In this document: piece by piece, positions 52,316 through 62,580 of the stretch
Numbering within the stretch: position 1 is the stretch's first letter
Layout of the letters: every line of letters begins with the position of its first letter
DNA from: Podarcis muralis
Taxonomy: Eukaryota
DNA length: 64,000 bases
NCBI RefSeq assembly: GCF_964188315.1
Contig: NC_135669.1
Coordinates: 4,464,001-4,528,000, forward strand
Direction of reading: 5' to 3'
The notes under the pieces: generated by a model
What the model was told of the DNA's origin: nothing
The model's input: the letters and a program-made list of their open reading frames with translations, nothing else
Databases searched by the model: none
Made by a program: the position numbers and the translations under genes

Positions 52316-52983
52316 TTTTGCTTTTCTCCCATTTTTTGGTGGGGGTAGTTTCTTTCCAATGTGTTTGAAGATGTTTACAACACAATCTTATGGTTATTCC
52401 AAAGAAAGTTCCACTATATTCAAGAGACTTGAGGTGGCAATCCTAACCCCACTTCCTTTCAAGCTAGTCCCACTGAATTCAATAAAGTTACTTCTGAGTA
52501 GATATAGTTAGGCTTGTGCTGTTACTCCCATGTAAGTGTGCAGATGATTATGGACTTTACAGAGATTTCTTTGAACACATTGTCAGATTTATTGGGTCAT
52601 ATTATTACTACTACTTTCCATTCCAAAAAGCAAAGTGGAGGAAAATATATTTAAAATAACGGTCATATGAGATCTATGGTCCCATTGGAAGATAGGTAAA
52701 TTATTATTCACATGATTATACATAGTTTGCATTTTTTAAAAGTTTTATTCTTCCATTCGGCATCCAAGGTGGCTAATAAAATACTAAGCTGCATGATAAA
52801 GTATTAAAAATAGTACTCAAACTGCAAAAACATCAAAATAAATTGAGCAGCAGGAATGATTGACAGAGAAACAAGAAAAATCCACTGCAATATTAAAAGA
52901 GAATGCTTAAAACAGAGCCAGAGCTAGGGGGGGGGGGTTGTCCTGTGTGAATCACCCAGAGAGGCACCACTGAGGCTTCTAGC

Positions 52984-53024
<41 letters not shown>

Positions 53025-53439
53025 TGTGTGTGCAAATGCTCATGGGGGGGGGGTGCCAAACTGAGTCTTTGACCCAGGTGAAATAAAGCCTAAAAGCTTA
53101 AAATGGAGTTTCTTTACCATGTATTAGAAAACCAGCAAAGTCAGAGGGGAGTGGATCATCTTCATTTTTTAATTTATTAGACAAATTTATAGACCACTTC
53201 ACAGAATAAAGCCATTGAAGTGCTATGGTAAAACCAGAATAAAACACAGAAACATCAGCTCTAAGAACAATAAAATCAAACCAAAAAACTCTAAAACAGT
53301 AAAACCATCAATACAAACTTTTTTTAAAACTGAAACAAATTCGTCTGATATAATGGGACTACACCTCAGGGAAAGCCTTTTTTTTTAAGGCTTCAGTGAG
53401 TGCCTCAACATCATACTAGGTGCCTGTCTTATTTCAGCT

Positions 53440-53810
53440 GGTAACGCAGGTGGCACTGTGGGTTAAACCACAGAGCCTAGGGCTTGCCAATCAGAAGGTT
53501 GGCAGTTCGAATCCCCGCAACAGGGTTAGCTCCCGTTGCTCGGTCCCTGCTCCTGCCAACCTAGCAGTTCAAAAGCACACAGTGCAAGTAGATAAATAGG
53601 TACCACTCTGGCAGGAAGGTAAACAGCATTTCCGTGTGCTGCTCTGGTTCGCCAGAAGTGGCTTAGACATGCTGGCCAAATGACCCAGAAGCTGTCTGCG
53701 GACAAACACTGGCTCCCTCTGCCAGTAAAGTCAGATGAGCGCCGCAACCCCCGAGTCGTCTGTGACTAGACCTAACAGTCAGAGGTCCATTTACCTTTAT
53801 CTTTACCTTT
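53440..53810 (+). mobile_element. Sauria SINE, full length, more diverged
   Basis: gtaacgcaggtggcactgtgggttaaaccacagagcctagggc head; tttacctttatctttaccttt tail. Confidence 0.92.
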
Positions 53811-54807
53811 AATCAATTCCAGAGAGCTGGAGCTGCAACACTAAAAGTCTATTTTCTAGTACAGGCTAAGCACATTGCTGGGCCATATGGTACCATCAGC
53901 AGTGCACAATCTGAGGAGCACAGTTGCTTATAGTGAACAAGATGGTTCATCAGATATCCTGATCCCATAACCTTGGGACCACTGTAGAAAACTTCCCATC
54001 TTGGGTATCTAGCTAGTGGAGAACATCCCTGGGTCCCACAACCTCTGAGGAAGATTAGGAGCCTATTTTGGCATTCAACGCTGTATTAATAATACTTCCA
54101 TCTTTATAAAAATGTGCAATTCTTCAGACACATGTACTAAAATGTCTGAAACTAGACATTACATATGAGGGCATTTAGCAAGCAATTTTCTTTTTCTTTA
54201 CTTTTCGTTTTAAAATGAAAATAGCATCAGCTGTGGGAGGGGGGTGAGAGACAACCACTGATCTTTAGGATCAAGGCAGACATGGAGAGGGAATTTTACC
54301 CTTTCCTTGCTGCAGTCCCACAGTAAATCCCTCCTCTGAAGCAATGAATTACAATGAACAGTAATTCCCTATTGACACCAATGGAGGGGATTCCCTTCCC
54401 CCAAGCAAATACCATCTTCAGAAGTAGGCTTTGATTGCAGCAGGGTTACATTCCCTGTTCTGACCTAATTACAAGTGCCACCCCAGCTGATGACGTGCAT
54501 TTTGCCCATTAAATACAAGAACGCATTTATGAAATTTGGACTGAGGAGGAAGGACCCAGGCACAAATGAAGGTGCATACGTGCACAAGATACCTCTGTAT
54601 AGCCTTTTCTTTTGATCAACCTATAAATGTGTATCCGGACAACCAGTTATCCTAATTCAGAACCATTTCTGGACTGGCTACTGCAGAGTCAAGGAACTGC
54701 GAACAGAGGAGAGTCTCTGGCAATACATAATAATGAGTGGTAGGATGGAGAGGCATTACTAGTATACAAGAGTTGTCCCTATTTTAGCTCTGAACAATAT
54801 TAGAAGA

Positions 54808-54925
54808 AACAAAGAAAATTCCTTCCAGTAGCACCTTAGCACCTTTAGTTGATCTTTAAGGTGCTACTGGAAGGAATTTTCTTTGTTTTGACTATGGCAG
54901 ACCAACACGGCTACCTATCTGTAAC
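54808..54925 (+). mobile_element. Minimal Penelope-like insertion with inverted terminal segment
   Basis: Arms 54807-54838 and 54857-54888 are perfect reverse complements; ends ggcagaccaacacggctacctatctgtaac; 13-bp TSD caatattagaaga (54795-54807 and 54926-54938). Confidence 0.75.
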
Positions 54926-55531
54926 CAATATTAGAAGATCATGGTGCACATGAAAAAAAGCTTTGCCCCACATGAAGAAAGAATGCAGGTGGAGGGGAGG
55001 CAAAAGGAGGAAAGATGTGCAACTGATAATTAAAATAAAAAGTGTATGAAACCTATAACGTTAGCACATTGATGCAGCCTGGTTTTTAAGGTAGTTTCCC
55101 AAGAAATGCATTTTCACCCTGACATTGTGCGCCTCCCGAGGTCTGCAGAGATTTTATGTTTGCCACACTCAGCAATTTGAAGGTCAAAGGGGTCAAGGTA
55201 CCAGTATTCCCGATGGATGTCTGATAGTTCATCCAGAACAATCAAGCTACTGGTGGCCCCTCCCTGCTCGTTATCAGGCTGACACTGAGGTAAGAGAATT
55301 AGCCCTTGTGTCTTTAAAGGAGAGATCCAAAGGCAGAAAGATTAATTAGGGAGATTAGGCTGCTCTAATAATTTGGTGTTCTAAATCTTTTAAACTGTGG
55401 CCTTCTCCTCTTTGAATGAAGGAGTGGGAGGAAAACACGCTAAAAGTGTGCATCAATTTTCAATTAGGGCCCTTCTGCACTATGTAGGTTTAGCTGGCTC
55501 ATATAATAAATTAATCTCCTCTATAGTGAGG

Positions 55532-55532
<1 letters not shown>

Positions 55533-55590
<58 letters not shown>
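55533..55590. repeat. (TTTC)n microsatellite
   Basis: About 14 tetranucleotide units. Confidence 0.97.
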
Positions 55591-57008
55591 AGCATGCTCC
55601 ATTATCCTTAGCTACATCATCTGGCAAGGCAGATCAGTTTATAGGTGAGCTACAATGACTTTACGATAGCAACATCTTATAGGCCAGCCATTGACTTACC
55701 AGCTCAGCAACAAATTTGATCCCTAAAAGGGTCTAAGATGTGGGTTGCCACATCTCCTAAATGAATCTAAATCCTTAATGAATCTAAAAATAGGAAATGC
55801 ATTAGCCAAAAAGTGGAGATATATTTTCACAAAAATGCATCTTATTCAAGGAAATTGCTTTACAAAAATTCACACTAAAATGCTGGTAGTTTTTCATTAG
55901 GACTTTGGGTTTTATTTTTTATAAAAATCACAAACTGGATTGAAAATATGAGAAACTGAATTTGAGATTAGAAAAATATGAAACCAAAGATGGCAGATTC
56001 ACCCATGGCTATGGTGGGCTAAGCACTCTACCTTCCTCCAACCAGACGTGGCCCAATGGCCTGCAGTTGCTGATTCCTTATTATATTATGACTGTATTTA
56101 TGGGCTATTAATCTAGTGTCCAGATCACCCACAAATATTAACATGGAAATTGTGAATGCTTGGCCCAACATTACCATATGCTGTTGGAGCCTTTCCAAAA
56201 AGAAATCATCCTAATTGAAAATAAAAAAACCAAAAAACAAAATAGCTTCTAGAAAGGAACAACACCAAGAACAAGTTGCATAAAGTATCATTGTCAATGT
56301 TGATAAATTGTACGGAAAGGAATTGCACTGTGAAAATAAGAAATGGGGGGGGGGGAGGATTTTGTCCTTGCTCAGGGCACCATATGTGGGTGTGTGATTG
56401 ACCACTAGGACAGCTGATTGACCACTAGGAGAGAAGGACAGTGCTTGATTGGAAGTAGTTTATAAAATATAAAAGAAAACATTCATATTATCAATTTTTA
56501 AAAAATAGAAAGAGGCATTTAAAAATATTCAAAAGGTCATTAAAACCAACAGCACTTTTTTAAAAAAATGCATGTAACTTCTACATTTCTGAGTAGGCTT
56601 GCGTGAACAAAAATGTTTCTGATGTCAATAGGCAGGGAGTTCCCAAGTGAAGATGCAGCCATGACTATTATGTTGAATTTGTAACAGTGCATGTGCTGCT
56701 GACTGAAGCAGTGGAGTGCTCATGCATGGGGCAAGACATTGCACAAGTCAAAGTCTTCTACAGAAATGCATAATCTCTGGAATTTCCCAGTGTAGCGGGA
56801 ATAGGGAGCCATCCATCATCAAATCTGACACACGCACAACACCTAAAAGAGGCACATTTAAATGTTTGCTATCTCCTTCCCACCTTTTGCCTTAAGATGC
56901 TTATCAGAGGCAGCCAAGTGGCATGTGTGAAATTGGTCATGCCTTAGGCATGACTCTGGACTCAGCTACATTAGTAAAAATAAAACATTATAAATGCATT
57001 ATAGCACT

Positions 57009-57027
57009 ATGACACCAGATGGCGCTG
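57009..57027 (+). promoter_or_regulatory. Candidate CTCF binding site
   Basis: ACACCAGATGGCGCTG matches the CTCF core CCASYAGRKGGCRS at 13 of 14 positions, in non-repeat sequence. Confidence 0.55.
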
Positions 57028-57152
57028 TAGAGCTGAAATCAGAACTCTACAAAAAATTTCCTTTGTGAGCTTTAAAACCTTTTTTCCAGAGCGTTTTTTT
57101 AATAGCTGTGTAGATGCAGCCTCTCTTACTCTCAGCCCCCATTTGCAACAAT

Positions 57153-59249
57153 GGGACATCCGACTTCAGGTTAAGATGGCGACAGGCCAGGCAGCCAGCT
57201 CCAGAACTTCACAGATCTTAATTGAGTTTTAATTGATTTTAACTTGTTTTAAACCAAGTATTTTATCCACTATCACCTGTTCTTTTAACCTGGAAGCTGG
57301 AGAGCAGAAGAATGCAGAGCTGTGAGATAAACAGTAATTAACCAGCCTGGAGCTTATCTGTCTTGTCAGCATCCCTTTTATTGAGTGGAATTGCGGAAGG
57401 TGGCTGAAACCGACACTGTAACTATTGAGATTTTAACTTGGTTTTAACACAGTTGTTAATTAGACTTAACTTGGACTTGTTTTATCAACTCCCCATTATT
57501 CTGGAGACCTGAGAACTTGGGAAATGTGTGGTTCACCAGTCTAGGCAGCCTGTTCCCTTCAAATAATTTCACTGTGTAGTTAACAAAGAAGTGTTTTAAG
57601 TTGCTACATATAAATCACCTGGGAGAGGAGACTGTGAATCAACCTCTATGAGAAACTGACCGGCCCACCTGGAAGGAAGCTGGCCACAAGAAGAACTCTT
57701 ATATATTTATATACTGTAAGGAATTGCAATTATTTTCTTTATCTTCTTGGTTTACAAAAGGCTTACAATTGGGAAGGATGGTACTCACCCATGTCAAAGC
57801 TACTAGGGTTCCCTCTCCCCAAGGAAAGCTGAAGGACGTGCGCAGCAACAGAAAACCATCCTGGACTTTTACAGGACAGACAGCAACATACTAATGGGGA
57901 CTAATATTGCAAATACAAGGAGCCTGGATGCAATTCAGCCTCTTGAGAATCATGAAAGCATCTCCCCACAGAAGGCAGACCTGGTATTGTCACTGCTGAA
58001 GAGACTGGCTCATTGACCCAGCATTCTATGATGACGTCTTCAGTGAACCTGGGCAACACCAAGCCTCACAGGTTAAAACTACACAGCCAACAGGCAAAGA
58101 TGTCTCCACCACAGAAACACAGCGACCAGGTGAGAGTGGGAGATCCTATGGGACCACTGTCTTCTATCCCACCACACTGTGGAAGGAAAAAACCCAAAGA
58201 CTCCACTCCCCACTTGAGGCCCCAAACCAGCCCACAAGTGATCATCCACAAGTGGCTACTAAGGAATCCCAAATGGCGTCCTACTATATGAGGCAAAAAT
58301 CCAGGCAGACATTCAAGACACCTTGGGGACGTCCCTGATACTTGGGGAGAGTTTTCACTGTGAACGAATGGGCACACAGAGCCCACGTGGTGGCACTGAA
58401 CTGAACTTCTCAGACTCACTGACCCAAGATATGTTCTGGTCACTGATTCACCTCTTCACAGAGAGGTGCTCCTTGAGCTAAAAGGCCGCCAAAATTACAC
58501 AGGCAGCCACTTAGCCACTTACCCAGAAGAAGACCAGAAACAAACGGCACAGGCATGGACGAGTGGACTTGGGTTTAAATAATCAGACTTAGGAGGATGC
58601 TGGTTAAATTTGGAGAGCCGGATTTTGGGTCTTTCCTGCAGGATATCAGCAGCCTCCCCTTGCTAGCAGCCAGAATTGATCTAGCCTGTTTAAGATACTG
58701 GCACAGGCTAAATGCCTTCAAGAATCATACCCTTACTAAGCTCAGCTGATTGGAGCAACTAGGTACAGGGGGCTGGGCACAAAAGTGCCAAGATAAGCTT
58801 AGGGCTTATAATCTTCAAATGGAGAACTATTTAGCCCTTAGCCCACATGATTTTTGATCAGGGTGCCAACCAAGACAGAGCATCCATCATTGTCACCCAT
58901 TACTCTACTTAGCACCCCCAAATTAAGACCAATCACTCAAGGTCCCAATACCTTGAGACCCTGACCTTCCCACAACTATGCAGGGCCTTTGTAGAACTGA
59001 GATTCCAACAGATGTTCTCAGCATATTTAGGGGGGAGATATCGGGAAATTCTCTATTTGGATCACAAATGTATATGGATGCCATCAGGTAGAGGACATCA
59101 CACACACTCTGGTGATTTGCCCCTGTAGACAATGGCCAGAGAGAAATTTATATTGCCAATTCTTAATTGGCTTCCAGGTTGATCCGCACAGGAAGTGACA
59201 GTTGAATTCCTAGCAGATAAGCATCTATATATTACACACCAGGTAACCC
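57153..59249 (+). mobile_element. Internally deleted RTE-X-like LINE (5' leader, ORF1 remnants, ORF2 C-terminus; no EN or RT recognised)
   Basis: 5' end gggacatccgacttcaggttaagatggcg; ORF2 C-terminal remnants LAARIDLACLRYWHRL, QYLETLTFPQLCRAFVELRFQQMFSAYLGGRYREI, C..GCHQVEDITHTLVICP (CCHC), REKFILPIL, EFLADKHLYITHQV; truncated before its stop codon. Confidence 0.65.
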
Positions 59250-59265
59250 ACACACTAGGTAACCC

Positions 59266-59830
59266 TCTGAGCTCCCCACTTTGCAGCAGCCAGAACCCCC
59301 ACTGGCACTCCGGATCCTCTCCGCTCCTCTGTTCTTCTCCTCCCCGGATCCAGACACATGGAACTGCTGTGCGTGGAGCGGGTGATCTGGGCCAAGTGGG
59401 GTCTGCAGCTGCTAAGGGACTGCCAGGTCCTGCAGAACCTCCTGAGTCAGCAAGAGCACTCTGGCCCCCAGGTCTCCTATTTCCAGTGTGTGCAGAAGGA
59501 GATCCAGCCCTACATGTGGAAGATGTTGGCTTTTTGGATGTTGGGGGTCTGTGCCGGGATCCCGTTCCTCCCCCCTCCCCCTCATACCCTGCTGCTCACG
59601 GGATCAGATCCTGGCTCGCACGACACCCTGTCCCCCCTCCTGCCTCTTCTTGTTCTTTTTCCCACCGCCTGAGAGCTCTTTCCCTATTTTTCCATCCCAA
59701 GTTTCTTCTCTCTTTCTCCTCCTTCCTCTCTCCCTTCCTTTGCTTATTCAGGTCTGCTTTCTGTCTTGGGCTTTTCCCTCCTGTTGCTGATGCTGTTCAT
59801 GCAGGGGCCCTGATTTACGTTTGTTAGATA
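59266..59830 (+). pseudogene. CCND3: Cyclin D3-like 5' fragment: GC-rich leader, exon 1 (ATG 59358 to 59546) and probable intron-1 sequence; no exon 2 or later in the window
   Basis: [62 protein letters not shown] matches the D-cyclin N-terminus (LxCxE; YFQCVQ.EI.P.MRKMLA.WMLE, where KML favours D3 over D1/D2). Homology stops at the conserved intron-1 position. Many Arg codons are altered by CpG transitions. Confidence 0.85.
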
Positions 59831-59879
59831 AAGCTTGGAATATGACTTAAATATGAACAGCAACATAGGCTTTAGTTTG

Positions 59880-60328
59880 GGGAAGTTGTTAACAAACACA
59901 CATTAAAAGTAACCTCCAAAAGCATGCTCTTTTTTATGTACATTACGAATAATATTTTGTAAAAATATTTTTTCTACACATACACACAGTATGTTTGTGC
60001 ATATGTATGTGTCATAAACTGTAGATTATGACACATACATATGCACAAACATAGTCTGTGTGTATGTGTGAGTTTGTAGAAAAAAATATTATTTTTACAA
60101 AATATTTGTAATGTACATAAAAAAAGCTTATAATTTTATGTTGATTAAAATCATTTTACATTTTAAATATTGTATTGTGTTTCCTGTTTTTTTGTGCACT
60201 ACAAATAAAATATGTGCAGTGTGCATAGGAATTTGTTCATATTTTTTTCAAACTATATAGTCTGGCTCTTAACAGTGTCTGAGGAACAGTGAACCGGCCC
60301 CCTGTTTAAAAAGTTTGAGGACCCTTGC
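59880..60328 (+). mobile_element. hAT element 3' portion containing a ~200-bp palindrome
   Basis: Terminal cagtgaaccggccccctgtttaaaaagtttgaggacccttg (hAT-type end); palindrome at 59926-60126. Confidence 0.6.
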
Positions 60329-62444
60329 TTTAGGAGCACATTCCAAAACACAGCTTTAGCTGTACCCATTTATAAATTGTCAATTCTCACATTTAAACAA
60401 GCAAACAAAAGAAAGCCTTCTGGCCTTGTTATGTAGACTTTGCCAGATGCCACTAGGCACAATCCCAGTTCATAATCTCCATCCCATGGTTGGGGAACGG
60501 AGGCCAGCGGCAGAAATGTTCAGGTCGAAACCTAACATCTGGGAAGCCTGCTGGTAATGTTGTGCATTCTCAAAACAACTGAAAAACTTCAAAAGGCCGG
60601 GGATGGCGACTCCGTGATAGCCCCGCTGCATGCCCTCAAATGAAGGCACCCAGAGTCAACCGCTCCCCCTCTCCTCATTCTCGGTTCCTTTCACTGTCAC
60701 TTTAGAAGCATGAAAAAATGACCCTTTGTCACTTTGAAGAGGAAAAGTGAAGCACCATGAACCCCGTCTGTCCAGCAGAAAAGTCGCTCGTCACAGACTG
60801 GTGGGCAGGTTGGCCTCAGCCCCTGAGCCCATCAGAAGTGTCTGTCAGGGAGGTCTTGTCACTTTGTGCAAATGGGAAGGGACCATTACACATGCACGGG
60901 TTATCCTTCAAACCCCATCGCTCGCTGAGGAAGGAAAGAAGACCAAAAGGGGGAAGGACACATTTATACACACACAGAGAGAGAACATAAAATTAAGAAC
61001 CTTGCTTGCTTGCTTTGTCCCTCTCTCAAATAACGTGTTTTGTGTTTTCTTTAAACCAAGACTTGAGCCTACTGCAGAAGTTCTCTCTCTTTGTTGTTGT
61101 TGTTTTTTTAATTCAAGGCTTCGCTTCAGCTTCCTAAAAACAACAACAACCACCCTTTAGGATTCCACCCTCCCACTTAATATATATTCCTCTCTCCCCT
61201 TCCACTGCCAGAAGTACAAAACAAAACCCAGCCATTGTTTCACTCAGCAACAGTCAGCTCTTCCTCCCCCCTGCCCAGTACATGCTACATGACTGGCTGT
61301 GTCCCTTAAGCAATTTGCAAAGCAGCCACACATCAAGATGGCTGGCGGTTAAAACGGCGAGGCGCCAAGTTCCTCAAATTAGATCAGGGACTCCATTGGC
61401 AGATGCCTGCGGAATTTGCTTGGGTCATAATTCCCTTGTAATATAGCAGGGAAGGAGGCTGCTTGTGAGTGTATAAATATAGAGACAAGTTCCTCTTGAC
61501 AAGGTCTGTGGAAAAATAAGTAGGGCAATTTTATGCATACCTAGAAACATAGTTTCTGTGTGCGCACATGTCCTTATTGCTACCATTGCCACTCTGCACC
61601 AGAGGGAGAAAGTACAGGGAGAGCAAGTCAGCAGTGGCAATAATCAACAGCAGGCCTGCTTCAAGATATGAGCCTCAGCAGGTGTGACTAATGAGATCAG
61701 CCGCTGATGCTCTGGAGATCTGAATCAGAAACGCCATTCACTCCTTAAGTGGCCTTAGGAAAGAGTCTGGTGTAGCAGAGAGAGGACTGGATGAGTACTG
61801 TGGGGCAGGAGGGTTTGATCCAGTTTACATTTCCAGGAGAAACTGCTTAGTTCATACTTCCTGAAATAACGCACAAATAATACATACACTTCTCCAGATT
61901 TTGCAACATGCAATGTGTACAAATGATGCACACATTCAAATGTTAAAAAGTCCTCCAAGAATGGCAGTGCCTGTTTCTCAGGCCAGAGGCTCATCTGACA
62001 CCAGTGCTTCTAGGAGTGGCCCTGCAAGGTTTTCTTCTTCTGGCTTGGAGTCCTCAGCTCCATTGCCTGAAGAAGAGGAACCTGACTCTTGGTCCTTGAC
62101 AACACCCAGTAGGGAGCCAAGCTCTCCCTCGTCCTGCTATTGCTGCCTGCTCTCTTGTTGTCTACAAGTGAGCAAGCAGCGAGAGGAGCAACAAAGAGTA
62201 GTAAATATATTCACACTTTGTGCTCTCTCTGGGAAATGGTGCCAAGTGGAGCAAAAGGGGGAGGATGAATAAATGGGCCTCAGCAGCAAAGAGGAGATTC
62301 CACTCAGGTTAGGGGTCCCACTGAGAGCATCATGCCCATAGCTTTCCCCAAACCAGGAACCAGCCCTGCCTCTTGCCAAGCTATATAAACAGTTGGCAAT
62401 TGACAAATAGGAGGTGAGTGGGGGAAATACAGAAGGGTTAAATG

Positions 62445-62580
62445 CAGGCATAGGCAAACTTGGCCCTCCAGCTGTTTTGGGACTACAACTCCCATCATCC
62501 CTAGCTAACAGGACCAGTGCTCGGGGATGATGGGAGTTGTAGTCCCAAAACAGCTGGAGGGCCAAGTTTGCCCGTGCCTT
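62445..62580. mobile_element. Young palindromic hAT MITE
   Basis: TIRs caggcataggcaaactt / aagtttgcccgtgcct; long near-perfect arms; perfect 8-bp TSD gttaaatg (62437-62444 and 62581-62588). Confidence 0.9.

Noticed and set aside
52857-52866. Exact PBX-MEIS decamer TGATTGACAG
   Set aside because: A single 10-mer inside a degraded LINE tail; compatible with chance in 64 kb.
54072-54084. 13-nt match to miR-181a (cattcaacgctgt)
   Set aside because: Lacks the 5' AA and 3' cggtgagt, and there is no precursor hairpin.
59195-59827. 210-aa ORF, the longest in the window
   Set aside because: GTG start inside the LINE remnant; the first ~17 aa are LINE C-terminus and the rest is the out-of-frame reading of GC-rich CCND3 sequence plus a pyrimidine tract. 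Not a gene.
61901-62272. Ser/Pro/Glu-rich ORF and an opposite-strand acceptor at 62161
   Set aside because: No recognisable homology; all three minus-strand frames after the acceptor hit stops; no clear donor.
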